Program-made: the position numbers and the translations under genes
Shown here: positions 25,712-38,740 of the stretch, piece after piece
Numbering within the stretch: the stretch's first letter is position 1
Layout: every line of letters begins with the position of its first letter
Assembly: GCA_030390025.1 (NCBI GenBank)
Contig: CM059431.1
Span: 109,680,001-109,744,000 of the forward strand
DNA from: Squalus acanthias
Taxonomy: Eukaryota
Direction of reading: 5' to 3'
DNA length: 64,000 nucleotides
Notes under the pieces: model-generated
Database searches by the model: none
What the model saw: only the letters and a program-made list of their open reading frames with translations
Told to the model about the DNA's origin: nothing

Positions 25712-26418
25712 AGGTCCATAGTTGGGCTCCAATCGTGGGCAAGATGCTAGGAGGGATCATAAGGGGTGGTTGGGGGTGGAACTTGCACAGGGTCGGCCTG
25801 CACCGGAAGGCCTGAGGTCCGATCGAAATCAGGCCTCGGGCCTTATTTAAATTCGACTTGCGGCGCAGGCCCAGGCAGCTCGCTGGTGAAGCAGGTATCA
25901 ACTTCAGGCAGCAGTGACCCTTCAATTAGATCTTGGGAGGAGAGGGGGAGGCAATGGGGAGATGGTGGGGGGTGGGGGGGGCAGGTGATCAAGGGGGAGA
26001 AGGCGATCAGGTGAGGGCCGAGGCGGGGTGGGTGGGAGTTGAAGGGTGGGGGGAGGGTGCGACAACAGTCTTTGGTGCTGCTGTGGAGCCAGGAAAAATA
26101 ATTTTAATACCTCTCATTGGCAGCTGCGGGGTGGGGGGAGGGGGGGTCGCTGAAGAACCTTAAGCGGGGCAGGCCTGACCCACTCATCACTGACAAGTTT
26201 TCGAGACGCGTCCTTTAACAGAAGCTAGGCCCCTAATTTACATATTTAAGGGGTCTAACTCTTGTTTTAGGCATCCAGCCTTGATGCCTAAAAAATGAGC
26301 CCCACGAATTAACCAGCGGGACCAACGCCTGCTCAAATCAAGCACAGGCCATCCCACTGCTAAACTGGTATGCTTTGCGCTGCGTAAAATGGACGCAATG
26401 CAAACAAATTTCCGCCTT
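25712..26418. mobile_element. GC-rich MITE-like element
   Basis: Abrupt GC-rich block with family-typical motifs (ggccttatttaaat, ggcccctaatttacatatttaagggg). Termini not resolved. Confidence 0.4.
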
Positions 26419-26708
26419 GGCTCTCTAGGGTCACGTGAATAGAGAAGTATTTACCAGAGACACTCAACACAGCTTCTTGGAAAAAGCATTGTGTCTTATT
26501 AATGGAGTTTTTGAAGAAGTTACTGGCTTGGTGATTATGTAAACTGGTAGACATTGCCCCATGAGCCTGTTTGGCCATTCTATTAGATCATGGCTGATCT
26601 GTACGTCAATTCCATTTACTCACTTTTGTTCCAAATCCCTTAATGACCGTACCTAACAAAAATCCATCGGTCTCAGTCTTGAATGTTTCAATTAACCCAG
26701 GACACATA

Positions 26709-27418
26709 GGGCTGGATTTTGATACTGGGGCGGGTTGGGGTCGTGTCATCCACTTTTCGTGTTATCCACCCGACTGCAACTGGATGTGGGAGATTGATGT
26801 GATTTTCACCTAATTGGGCAATTGAGTTCCAGCATGTGGGAACCCATGACCCAATTAGTGTTTTCAGTCTGAAAGTCGCCTCTGATGATGTCATCATTGC
26901 TGCTGCATTGCAGGTCTGCAAAGACTGCCTGGCCTTTGCTGTGAGAGGACCTGGATACAAAATGAGCAGCAGCAGCCCTAAGTCTGCTCCCAGATATTTT
27001 TGCACCACCACCACCACTCCCAGATATGTCTATTCCTCCTCCTCCTCCTCCTCCTACTACTACTACTACTACTACAACACATCTCCATCATAATAGTGGG
27101 CCTGCAGCTGATAGTCAGCTATCCAAATGTGCTTCCGCCAGGTTTCACATTCGTGGTTCAGAACAGGCATGCTTCACGTAGAAAAAAGGGTTAAAATCAC
27201 AAAGGCCTTTCAAAATGGAATTATAGAGGCAATTTAGTGCTTGTTAAGGGCCTTAACAGCCTATCCCGCCTCTTAGAGACGGGACGGAGTCGGGACCAGC
27301 AGACACGATTTAATGAAAATTGTGTGGAGGCGGGCTCGTGCCCGCCCGCCAGTTTTCGCAATTTTAACCCCCCACATGCCTCCAAACCCACATCCATGGG
27401 TCAATGAAAATCCAGCCC
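26709..27418 (+). mobile_element. Harbinger internal-deletion derivative (related to 34517-37768), inserted in an old CR1 tail
   Basis: Perfect 12-bp TIRs gggctggatttt/aaaatccagccc, ATA TSD. Keeps the Myb start MSSSSPKSAPR, followed by (cac)(ctc)(tac) microsatellites. Subterminal sequence aligns with the 34517 element. Confidence 0.88.
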
Positions 27419-28004
27419 ATAGCCTTTTGGGGAAAGAGAGTACCAGATTCCCACTAGGCATGGCATGGATTTCTAGCAGGGCAAACAGGTAAGTGTCGGT
27501 AATTCCCACCTGAAGCAGGTAGAAACTTGTAAATGGTGTGAGATTGACTCAGAAAGGATGTAATAATGCCTTGCACGTCACTACCCGGCCTTTACACTGG
27601 CCACACTTGACTTCCAATTACCACACATATAAATGGGTGGCCAGGGTTGTTGGGCGTTGAGCAATATAATGGGTGGCTAGGGTTGTTGGGCATTGAGCAG
27701 TATAATGGAAGGAAATTGAAGAGGATTCATTCTGCAATTTGTTAAGCCATTTCTGGTCCGTTTCTTCCCTTTTTTTTGCTGGCACTTAGTTTCTCATGAG
27801 CATCTCTGCCAATTGTTTAAATTTCCTATTGCTCCCATCAATACTGGCATCAATGGGTTTCTCAGAAGGAATCCCCTGTCAACCAATAAGAGGAAGACCC
27901 ATGATGGGATGTCGGGCACATCAGGCACGTTCTAGCCCCTTCTGCAAACACCTGTACGTCCACATCTGCGGACAGAGGTGAATATACCTCACCTTGCCAG
28001 AGGA

Positions 28005-28613
28005 GTCATAGAGTCATAAGTCATAACGGCACAGAAGGAGACCATTCGGCCTATCAAGACCGTGCCGGCTCTCTGCAGAGCAATTCAGTCAGTCCCATTC
28101 CCCCACTCTATCCCCGTAGCCCTGCAAGTTTATTTCCTTCAAGTGCCTATCCAGTCTCCCCTTGAAAACATTGAGTGTCTCCGCTTCCACCACTTCCGTC
28201 GGCAGCAAGTTCCAGGTCCTCACAACTCGCTGCGTAAAAAAGTTTTTCCTCACATCCCCCCCTGTATCTCTTGCCCAAAACCTTAAATCTGTGTCCCCTA
28301 GTCCTTGTACCATCAACTAGTGGGAACAGCCTTTCCCCGTCTAGCCTATCCAAACCCGTCATAATCTTGTACACCTCTATCAAATCACCCCTCAATCTCC
28401 TTTGCTCTAATGAAAACAAATCCAGCTTCTCCAACCTGTCCTTGTAGCTAAGATCTCCCATCCCCGGAACCATTCTGGTAAATCTCCTCTGCACCCTCTC
28501 AAGGGCCTTCACATCCTTCCTAAAGTGTGGTGACCAGAACTGGATGCAATACTCCAGTTGCGGCCTAACCAGCGCTTTATAAAGGTTCAGCATAACTTCT
28601 CTACTTTTGTACT
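28005..28613 (-). mobile_element. CR1 LINE 3' fragment
   Basis: ORF 28147-28641 (EYKSREVMLNLYKALVRPQLEYCIQFWSP...) with a frameshift into 28089-28316, and (gtcatag)n tail. Confidence 0.93.
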
Positions 28614-28809
28614 CAAGGATTAGTGCATCTGAAGTTTCCAACTCTGAAGATAGGTTATATCATCAGGCCGGAAAGCACAGAGCTGACCAGCCATCGTACT
28701 TCAGAAGCACCTCAGTCACAACATGCCATGTATTTTCATGAAAGAAGGCATGCTAGCGTGATTGGCCAGCAAAGTCTAATTGTCTGCATTCACCAAGATG
28801 TCACCTACA

Positions 28810-30220
28810 GTGTCAGCCTTTGTTCAGTGATGGCACCTTCGCCTCTGAGTCATAGAATCATAGAAATTTGCAGCACAGAAGGAGGCCATTTGGCCCATCG
28901 TGTCTGTGCTGGCCTAAAAAGAGCTATCCAGCCGAATCCCACTTCCAGCTCTTGGTCCGTAGCCTGAAGGTTATGACACTTAAATTGCATATCCAAGCAC
29001 TTTTTAAATGTGATGAGGGTTTCTGCCTCTACCACCCTTTCAGGAAGTGAGTTCCAGACCCCCACCACCCTCTGGGTGAAAAAAGTTCTCCTCAACTCCC
29101 CTCTAATCCCTCTACCAATTACTTTAAATCTATGCCCCCTGGTTATTGACCTCCCTGCTAAGGGAAATAAGTGCTTCCTATCCACTCTATCTTGGCCCCT
29201 CATAATTTTATACACCTCAATTAAATCTCCCCTCAGCCTCCTCTGTTCCAGAGAAAACAACCCCAGCCTATCCAATCTTTCCTCATAGCTAAAATTCTCC
29301 AGTTCTGGCAACATCCTCATAAATCTCCTCTGTACCCTCTCTAGTACAATCACATCTTTCCTGTAATGTGGTGACCAGAACTGTACACAGTACTCTAGCT
29401 GTGGTCTAACTAATGTTTTATACAGTTCTAGCATAACCTCCCTGCTCTTATATTCTATGCCTCGGCTAATAAAGGAAAGTATCCAGTATGCCTTCGTAAC
29501 CACCTTATCTACCTGTCCTGCTACCCTCAGGGATCTGTGGACATGCACTCCAAGGTCCCTCTGTTCCTCTACACTTCTCAGTATCCTACCATTTATTGTA
29601 TATTCCCTTGCCTTGTTAGCCCTCCCCAAATGCACTACCTCAGACTTCTCTGGATTGAATTCGATTTGCCACTTTTCTGCCCACCTGAGCAGTCCATTGA
29701 TATCTTCCTGCCGTCTACAGCTTTCTTCCTCACCATCAACCACACGGCCAATTTTTGTATCATCTACAAACTTCTTAATCATCCCCCCTACATTGAAATC
29801 TAGAAGGTCATGGGTTCAAGTCCCACACCAGAGACCTGAGCACATAATCTTGGCCGACACCCCAGTGCAGTACTGAGGGAGTGCTGCACTGTCAGAGGTG
29901 TCGTCTTTCAGATGAGACGTTAAACCAAGGCCCCATCTGCCCTCTCAGGTGGATGTCAAAGATCCCATGGCTCTATTTGAAGACGAGCAGGGGAGTTCTC
30001 CTCAGTGTCCTGGGCCAATAATTATTCCCTCAATCAACATCACCAATAAAACAGAATATCTGTTCATTAACTCATTGCTGTTTGTGGGACCTTACAGTGT
30101 GCAAATTGGCTGCTACATTTCCTACATTACAACAGTGACTACTCTTCAAAAAGTACTTAATTGGCTGTAAAGCACTTTGGGACGTCCTGTGGTCATGATA
30201 TAAATGCAAGTCTTTCTTTA
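28810..30220 (+). mobile_element. Deu-SINE split in its tRNA head by a CR1 insertion
   Basis: Head gtgtcagcc...cctctgagtc (28810-28851) resumes at about 29802 (agaaggtcatgggttcaagtccc) and continues to the tail. Confidence 0.85.
28851..29801 (-). mobile_element. CR1 LINE RT C-terminal fragment
   Basis: 310-aa ORF 28850-29782: KFVDDTKI...WAEKWQIEFN...RDLGV...LYKTLVRPQLEYCVQFWSP...QRVVGVWNSLP. Confidence 0.95.
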
Positions 30221-30604
30221 TCAAATCACCAATTTGGCTCATGTTTGCTAACATATTAAGTCATGATGCGGAGATTAAGTGGCTAGAGAAGAGAAACAAC
30301 CTGAATCAGAAGCAGTTATATCAAAGGATTGCTTCAGGTGATAGCAAAGGTTCAAAGGAACAACCAAAGCAGCGGTCAACTGGTTAGATCCCTGAAACAA
30401 AGAACCTTTGATCTTACCTCAAAATTCTGTCAGTAATGCTAATTCTTCTTTATCTGAGTTTTGGGGCAACCTTTTCTGAGATTATTACAGGAATTTTTAA
30501 CCGTCTTGAGTTTCTGAACTTTGCTTTCTGTTGAAGTTCTTTTCCTTCATCGCACCTACTTATTATGTGTATTTATCCCAAGCGCCGCCATCTTAGAGCA
30601 GCTA

Positions 30605-30968
30605 ACAACAGCAACAACAACCTGCATTTATATAGCGCCTTTGACGTAGTTAAACGTCCCCAAGGTGCTTCACAGGAGCATAATCAAACAAATTTGACAC
30701 CGAGCCACATAAGGAGATATTAGGACAGGTGACCAAAAGCTCGGTCAAAGAGGTAATGTTTAAGGAGCGTCTTAAAGGAGGAAAGAGAGGTAGAGAGGCG
30801 GAGAGGTTTAGCACAGGAATTCCAGAGCTTAGCGCTTAGGCAGCTGAAGGTACGACCACCAATGGTGGAGCGATTAAAATCGGGCATGTGCAAGAGGCCA
30901 GCGCTGGAGAGGCGCAGAGATCTTGGGCGGATTGTAGGGCTGGAGGACATTACAGAGATAGGGAGGGA
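30605..30968 (-). mobile_element. L2 LINE 3' fragment
   Basis: GGRTFS...KLWNS...SFKTLLK..LFDRAF remnant and (caa)n tail. Confidence 0.88.
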
Positions 30969-31904
30969 TGAGTACTGGAGATTTTCTAGTGGCGTTGAAA
31001 TTGTTAAAAAAAAGAGTAACTTGTCTTCTCAGCCAGGGGATAGAGCTCACGGTTAGAGAAAGTTTGCCAGAGTTATAATTTTATTCCTTTAACATTATTT
31101 GTTCCTGATTATGAAAAATGAATAATTTCATGAAAGTTATTCAGCTGATGAGTGGTATAAATATAAATTATCTCTCCTATGTCTCTCTATCTCTCTTGTG
31201 TCTGTAACAGCAGGTCATCATTTTAGTTGTATGAAAACAGGCATTTAGAATATTAAGTGGAATTAATTTTCTTGTAGCTCATGCTATGATAAAAGCGTGC
31301 TGGGGCACCATTTATGAATATACTTGCAGATCTCCTCACAATTAGCTCTGTTTGAAGTACCTGACTGCACAAGGACACAGTCCTCGATTATGTTGGCAAT
31401 CCTAGTGGAGCAAATCATTGAGAAATAAATGTATTTATTAATGGAAATAATAGAAATTCTCAATGTTAATGTTCTTAAGATTATAAAGCAAAACACCAGA
31501 AACCACACTCTCCATTTAGCTGACAAGGTTCTTCTGAAGCCTTTTTGGGAGCGGTGGGGGGGGGGGGCATTTGTTGTTATTTATGTTTTCAGATCCAGCA
31601 GCAAGAACTCCCTGACGTGCACCACTGTTTATTTGATTGCACTGTTTGAAAATACAACAATCTGATCACCGTCCATTCAAACTCAGCAAGGATATTTCAA
31701 GGAGTGTCACCATTCGGTCAGGCCCTTCCAGCAAGTCAGCTTCACTGGTGTTACCCATTCTCTCTTTAATAAAAGCTGCAGAGAAAGTTATGCTACTGCC
31801 AGAAAGGATGTTTAATCTTTTAAACCAAAACTATTTATGTATCGAATCATAAGCAAATTGGGTTAGAAACAACTAACCATGCAACAGGGTTTATTTTTGG
31901 TGTA

Positions 31905-32374
31905 TTTGCATTTATATAGCACCTTTCACAACCTCAAGAATTCCCAAAGCACTTTACAGCCAATAAAGTACTTTTGAAGTGTAGTCACTGTTCCAATGCC
32001 CAGATCATTTGTTTTTGTGATGTTGGATGAGGGATAAATATTGACCAGGACATTACAACAGTGACTCCACTTGAAAAGTACTTCATTGACTGTTTCAGCG
32101 CTTTGAGACGTCCGGTGGTCATGAAAGGCGCTATATAAATGCAAGTCTTTCTTTTGGACACTCGGGAGAACTCTTCAAAGTAGTGCCATGGGATTTTTGT
32201 AAGTCCAACTGAGAGGGCAAATGTCTCATCCAAAAGACGACACCTCCGACAGTGCAGCACTCTCTCAGTACTGCGCTGGAGTGCCAGCCTAGATTTTTGT
32301 GCTGGAGTGGGACTTGAACCCACAACCTTCTGACTCAGAAGCAAGAGTGCTACCCACTGAGCCACAGCTGACAC
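31905..32374 (-). mobile_element. Deu-SINE containing a second SINE 3' fragment (32053-32155) in opposite orientation
   Basis: Minus-strand SINE with A and B boxes at 32310-32365. The plus-strand tail fragment is flanked by a ggaca duplication (32048-32052, 32156-32160). Confidence 0.85.
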
Positions 32375-33279
32375 CGTGTTAACATCAAGCAATAGCAGAT
32401 ATTACAAGCTACATTAATCAGTTCCCTCTTGATATTATTTGACACCAGTACATCAAAAAAATGACCCAAAGAGGTCCCATGCCTTTCATTCCACTACAGA
32501 CTCAAATAAAAGAACAAAAAGTGCTGTTATAAAAGGTCAATAAATGTGATCCTTTAGTGGAAGCTGTTAATGTGTGACAAATTATACTTCCAGCATATGG
32601 TGGTGCTTTAGGTCATGGCAAGCAATGGATTAACTATAATCAGCCTCCTGTGAAAATGTGAATTTGATGTGTTGTAATTTATGTAAATGAGAAATGGTTT
32701 GATGGATGGGAAGTCTGTGTATGGATCTGGTATGTTTTTATCTGCATTTCAAAATGGATAGAGTAAATGTTACCACTTTATTTCCGTCAATCTTAAATCA
32801 GCGCTAAAACTCTTGCCACCAGCCGTCAATATAAGATCCGCTCCAAAAGCAAACAGATTTAAATGTGGCTGGTGTGAACAATCGTATTGCAGCTTCCGCC
32901 AGCCTCGTGCACTGCCTAATAGGGGAGTGATGCTGTGGCGCTCAGTCTGATACCAGCCAGTGTAAGTCCTGGTTCACAGCCGAAGGTAATGTAATGCTTT
33001 GGTGGTTGGATTCAGTTTGGATTTACAGATCGGAATAAACCGAATATTATCCCACACTTTAAATAGAATATAAAGAGAAAACTGGACTTTGAAGAGTTGG
33101 ATATTGCACACGGTGGTTATGTACAATGACTCATCTTGGTTGACACAGTATAAACTGTAGGCAATAGTTCATCAATATCTCTTAAAAAGAGCATTTATAT
33201 GCCTGGGCTCAATTTTAAACAGGCGGGGCAAGGGGCAGTTAAATTGGAGTGGGGGACTTACCCGCTACTTTCCCGCCTC

Positions 33280-34143
33280 GATCATGACTGCACAGTGTTT
33301 AGTGCCATTCACAACTCCTCAGATAATGAAGCAGTCCATGCCCGCATGCAGCAAGACCTGGACGACGTTCAGGCTTGGGCTGATAAGTGGCAGGTAACAT
33401 TCACACCACAAAAGTGCCAGGCAATGACTATCTCCAACAAGCGAGAGTCTAACCACTGCCCCTTGACATTCAACGGCATTACCATCACCGAATCCCCCAC
33501 CATCAACATCCTGGGGGTCACCATTGACCAGAAACTTAACTGGACCAGCCACATAAATACTGTGGCAACAAGAGCAGGTCAGAGGCTAGGGATTCTGCGG
33601 CGAGTGTCTCACCTCCTGACTCCCCAAAGCCTTTCTACCATCTACAAGGCACAAGTAAGGAGCGTGATGGAATACTCTCCACTTGCCTGGATGAGTACAG
33701 CTCCAACAACATTCAAGAAGCTCGACACCATCCAGGACAAAGTAGCCCGCTTGATTGGCACCCCATCTACCACCTTAAACATTCACTCCCTCCACCACCG
33801 CCGCACCATGGCTGCAGTGTGTACCATCTACAAGATGCACTGCAGCAACTCGCCAAGACTTCTTCGGCAGCACCTCCCAAACCCGCGACCTCTTCCACCG
33901 AGAAGGACAAAGGCAGCAGGCGCATGGGAACACCACCACCTCCAAGTTCCCCTCCGAGTCACACATCATCCCAACTTGGAAGTATATCGCCGATCCTTCA
34001 TCGTCGCTGGGTCAAAATCCTGGAACTCCCTACCTAACAGCACTGTGGGAGTACCCTCACCACACGGACTGCAGCGGTTCAAGAAGGCGGCTCACCACCA
34101 CCTTCTCAAGGGCAATTAGGGATGGACAATAAATGCTGACCTT
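33280..34143 (+). mobile_element. CR1/L2-group (jockey-like RT) LINE 3' fragment with an open C-terminal frame
   Basis: From the end of the catalytic motif ((D)DCTVF) through QQDLDDVQAWADKWQVTF...NILGVTIDQKLNW...IYKAQVRSVMEY to the stop at 34119. Confidence 0.92.
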
Positions 34144-34516
34144 GTGGGTGGCAATAACATCGCCGCGCCAGGGTGTAAATCCTTAGCGCCCCGTTAGCGC
34201 CCCCCGGAGGCGCTAACAGCAGGTGTAAAGGAGCCGAATCTCTAGCCCCAAATTTCTAGGCCCAGGTCTTTACTTTTATAGCCCAGCCAGTTTGTTTTCA
34301 GTAGCAGCAAAAATAATTGCACGCCTTTTACATAAACACTTCTTTCTGTTGATTATCTGGGCTTTCACCCAGCAAGGATTAGAAATTCCAGGCCATGGCT
34401 CAGAAAGCTACTGGACTTGTTTCAGGAATTGATGAAATTATTGGGAGTAGAAACAGAAAATGCTGGAAATACTCAGCAGGTCAGGCAGCATCTGTTGAGA
34501 GAGAAACACAGTTAAT

Positions 34517-37500
34517 GGGCTGGATTTTGTAAGTGTGGGCGGGCTGGAGCGTGTCAGGTGGAAATCGTGTCAGGACCCCGACTCCTAAGTGAAGTGTTGA
34601 AAAAGTGGGATTTTCCCCGAATTGGGCAATTGATTTCCTGCGTGTGGGAACACCTGGCCCATTGAGTCTTTTCATACAGAAAGTCGTCTCCGATGACGTC
34701 ATCAATGCTGCTGGATTTAAGTCCTGCAAGCAGCCTTGCTTCCTCTGCAGACTGCAAACGCTTTGCAAATTGTGTGAAGGAGTTGATTTCCCGACAATGT
34801 CCGCGATCAAGCAAAAGTCTGCACCTCGGTTTGATGAGCCCTCCCTCCAAGATCTGCTGCACGGAGCCAGATGTAATAAGGAGGTGCTGTTCCCTTCCTC
34901 AGGGAGAAAAAAGCCACCCCAGCAGACAAAAGCTGTGTGGCTGCAAGTGGCCGAGGAGGTGAACTCTATTTCAATGAGCCGCAGAACCTGGCTGCAATGC
35001 AGGAAGAGGTTTCATGACCTTCTCCGCACAGGAAAAGTGAGTATGACTTTCCCATCACCCTCAATCTGATCCCCATCACCTCTCCTCACCAGCATGCTGC
35101 TTTGCCAACCTCTTCCTCCACATCCCACTTGACACTTACATCCCTGCACCCTTACCCATTCCCTCTCTCTCTATGGTCACATTCACTTAACTATTCGACC
35201 GTGAAGCCCTCACACTCCCTATCACTGTGATGCAATGACAACAACAACTTACAACACACAGGGAGGGTCCTTTGTATCCTTCTAAGCATCTATGCTATGG
35301 ATTCTCTACACTCACTCCTTCATTCTCACTCAAACTCAACTTGTGTCCCTCATTGCAGGAAAAGAGAGCCCACAATAAGAGGGAAAGAGCCATGACAGGA
35401 AGAGGGCTACCCTCACTAGCCCAGCTCACCGCCTGGGAGGAGGCGGCCCTGGAAATCGCCGGGATCGAGGAGGATTCCCAAGTGGTGGATGGACAGACGG
35501 GCGCATCACAGCAAACTGGTGACAGAATAGTTTGGCATCTCTCTCATTGACATTGCATGAGCCACTGATAATAAATCTGATGCTCTAACAGATTGACTTA
35601 TGATCATCTGCACTATTCAATGTGCATGTAACCTTGACCTCACATCTCTAACTCTTTTCTTTACTCCTCCACAGAACCATCGAAAGCCCCCATCCCCACT
35701 GTCCAGGAGGAAGAGCCTGAGCTTCCAGACTCCTCAGAGGAAGCTGCAACCTCTGAGGGCGCAGCGTCAGCAGAATTCAGCGCACCCAGCACCAGCGCAG
35801 ACACTCACACCTCGGTGGGACCTTCGCGAGACAGAGTAGTGTTGGCACCTGTGTATCACAGCTCACAAGTGAGCATCAGCAGATGGTGGAGACAGGGTCA
35901 GCAGTGGAGAGTCCTCGTCGGAGGGCGCAGGACTCTGCCAGCTCGACTCTGCTGCATGTCGACCCTGTGCCTCCGGGTCCATCCAGAAGGAGAGCGGTGC
36001 TGGAACACCAGGAACAGGTGCAGGAGTCGCTGGCAGGTTTTGTCTCCAGGGTCGCTGTGAGTGGATGGAGGAGTCCATCGCGAACATGAGCAGAGCCTTT
36101 GTGGAGGCATTGGCACATGAACGCATCACTGCGGAAAGGATGGCAACCTCCGTGGAAAGGATGGCTAACTCCGTGGTAAGGTTGGCTACTGTAGAGGAGA
36201 GGATGGCTACAGCCATGGAGGAGCTTAGTCGCCAGGGTATGGAATACATGGTAATTGTTCAGAATAGACTGACATCTCTTGAGGAGCGATGGTCAGCTAT
36301 TGAGCATACAAACCAGACCTTCATGGAAGTCCTCTGGAGTAGGACTTCCAGTGCAGAAATGGGTCCTCATGGCCCCTCTGAAGTGCTGCAAGGTGCTGTC
36401 AAGCCACTTGCTAGCTCTGAAGTGGGGCTGACCCATGAGAGGGATGTTGGTGGCAGAGAACAAGGAAGTGGGGGCTCCTCTCCAAGCGCTCACACGACCA
36501 TGCCACTGCAAAGCCCTCGGTCAGAGCCCCACCAAAGTCCTCACCCAACTGAGATGGGCGTCTCAGCCCCTGCACAGCCGCAGGAGCAGCAGACTGTTGG
36601 CGAGCCCGCACAGGTTCGCCACCCCAGAGGACGCCCGCCAAAGGTGCTGAGACAGGAGCAGCAAGAAAGTGAGCAAGGGGCCTCTACATCTGCTGAAGCC
36701 ACAGGGGAAGCACTATGTAGAAGCACGCGTAAGAGGAAGATAAAGCACAAGTAGTCACAAGGGTAGTCACTTGGGTGCTGTGATGTATTGTATTTGGACC
36801 AGCCATCATTGTCATTGTACTATAAACAGATTTGATTGCAAACTGTTGAAGTTGTGGCCTGTGTCATTTCGCAAATGGGACTTTCACATTGAGGGCTTAG
36901 GGCGCCTTGCAATTGTCAGTATCGTGGTCAGAGTGATAGGAATCCGCAGGTTCTTGTCCATTGTGGATGCTCTGGTAAGAAGGTGCGAGGCAAAAGTGTT
37001 TGATTGTGCAGGCTCACCAAATCTAGCCAAGATGAGTGTGTCCCTTGCATCCCGGGCAGCAATGTTGTCGTGCGCTGGCGCCTTCTGGCCTGTGCAGCTT
37101 CAGGTGGGTGACTAGCAGCTTGGCGCTCCTGTTGATGCTCCTGCTGTTGGTGCTGCTGTTGTTCATGGTCCTGCTGCTGCCGCGGCTGGTCTTCGTCTGA
37201 ATCTGATGTCCAGGAGGAAAGGAATTAAATGTTCGCCATGCTTCTGGTATATGCCTCAGTTGAGGAAGCGCTCAGTCAAGGTGGGGAGAGGGGTTTCCCA
37301 GGAGGTCACACTGGAGATGGGTGTCAGGCTCCAAACTTCCACAACAATGAGTAGGCCTGCTAAAAGTTCGCCCAGACCTGAGATATCAAAGTTCTGCCAC
37401 CTGCAAATGATCATCGGTGAAAACTCCTTTGTAATGGTGGAGCTCCAGCTGTTAGTAAGCAATCCACTGGTGAGGCCACCAGGATTACCTGGCGTGTTCC

Positions 37501-37768
37501 AGAGGAGGCGTGTAGGATGGGGGAAATGTGTAATAATCAGAAAGGCCTCTCAAAATGGGATAATAGAGGCAATTAAATGGTCGTTAAGGGCCTTAAGGGC
37601 CTATCCGCCTCTTGGAGGCGGGATGGATAGGGGGTCAGAAAACACGCATTTGGGAAAATTGCTTGGAGGCGGAATGGAGGCGGGATTGGGCCCGCCCGCC
37701 ATTTTGTGCGATTTTACCACCTCGCACGCCTCCAAACCTGCCTCCTCGTGCTTGGCAAAATCGAGCCC
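34517..37768 (+). mobile_element. 3.25-kb Harbinger element carrying a Myb/SANT gene but no transposase core
   Basis: 13-bp TIRs gggctggattttg / caaaatcgagccc. 3-exon Myb gene on +. On the minus strand only a Q-rich stretch joined to NIAARDARDTLILARF. TSD imperfect (aat/ata). Confidence 0.9.
34797..36754 (+). pseudogene. Harbinger Myb/SANT-like (trihelix, Myb_DNA-bind_5 type) DNA-binding protein gene, 3 exons, frameshifted in exon 3
   Basis: Exon 1 34797-35036 (MSAIKQKSAPRFDEPSL..LFP...W..VA..VN....RTWLQCRKRFHDL; donor gtgagt). Exon 2 35359-35518 (ttgcag|EKRAHNKRERAMTGRG...LT.WEE; donor gtgaca). Exon 3 from 35675 (ccacag|) has a compatible phase, inferred frameshifts near 35850 and 36060, a coiled-coil ERMAT repeat and a basic STRKRKIKHK* end. 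Confidence 0.85.
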
Positions 37769-38310
37769 ATAGTTTCAGGTCGATGACCTTTCGTCAGAAC
37801 TGGAAAAAGTTAGAGATGTAACAGTTTTTAAGCAGGTGCAGAGGCAGGGAAAGGGGGGAGGGGAGGAAAGAACAAAAGGGAAGGTCTGTGACAGAGTGGA
37901 AGGCAGGAGAGATTAAGAGACAAAAGGTATGATGGTGCAAGGCAAAAGGACATGGTAATGGGACAAGTAAAGAAACAAAAGATGGGTCTAGAAGAGGTGT
38001 AAATGGGAAAGGCAGAAACATCAACAGCTGCCATGTGAAAACATAGGGGCAGAGGTTATGGTTTGAAATTGTTGAACTCGATGTTGAGTCCAGAAGGTTG
38101 TAAAGTGCCTAATCGAAAGATGAGGTGTTGTTCCTCGAGCTTACGTTGAGCTTCATTGGAACAGTGTCAGAGGCCGAGGACCGAGAGATCAGAGCGGGAG
38201 TGGAGCGGAGAATTAAAGTGACAGGCAACCGGAAGCTCGGGGTCACCCTTACGGACTGAACGGAGGTGTTCCACAAAGCGGCCACCCAATCTGCGTTTGG
38301 TCTCCCCAAT

Positions 38311-38740
38311 TGTCCGCATGCCTGATACGAGACTCCCAAAACAAGCGCTCTACTCGGAGCTCCGGCACGGCAAGAGAGCCCCAGGTGGGCAGAGGAAACG
38401 CTTCAAGGACACCCTGAAAGCCTCCTTGAAAAAGTGTAACATCCCCACCGACACCTGGGAGTCCCTGGCCCAAGACCGCACAAAGTGGAGGAGAAGCATC
38501 CGGGAAGGCGCCGAACACCTCGAGCCTCTTCGCCGGGAGCAAGCGGAAGCGAAGCGCAAACAGCGGAAGGAGCGCACGTCAACCCAAGTACCCCACCCAC
38601 CCGCCCCTTCAACCACCGTCTGCCCCACCTGTGGCAGAGACTGTAGGTCCCGCATTGGACTCATCAGTCACCTGCAAACTCATTTTTAATGTGGAAGCAA
38701 GTCATCCTCGGTTCCGAGGGACTGCCGAAGAAGAAGAAGA
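38311..38740 (+). mobile_element. RTE-clade LINE 3' end
   Basis: VRMPDTRLPKQALYSEL..GKR..GGQRKRFKD...CPTCGRDCRSRIGLISHLQTH, (gaa)n tail, 11-bp TSD gtctccccaat (38300-38310, 38741-38751). Confidence 0.95.

Noticed and set aside
27630..27710. Two ~36-bp direct repeats (CRISPR-like length)
   Set aside because: It is a simple adjacent tandem duplication with no spacers, in eukaryotic context and with no cas genes.
31284..31852. Short ORFs with splice-like signals
   Set aside because: No recognisable protein similarity and no coherent gene model.
34797..36754. Call as a domesticated host gene (NAIF1/MSANTD family)
   Set aside because: It lies inside TIRs, is inserted into another TE, has decayed relatives in the window and is frameshifted.
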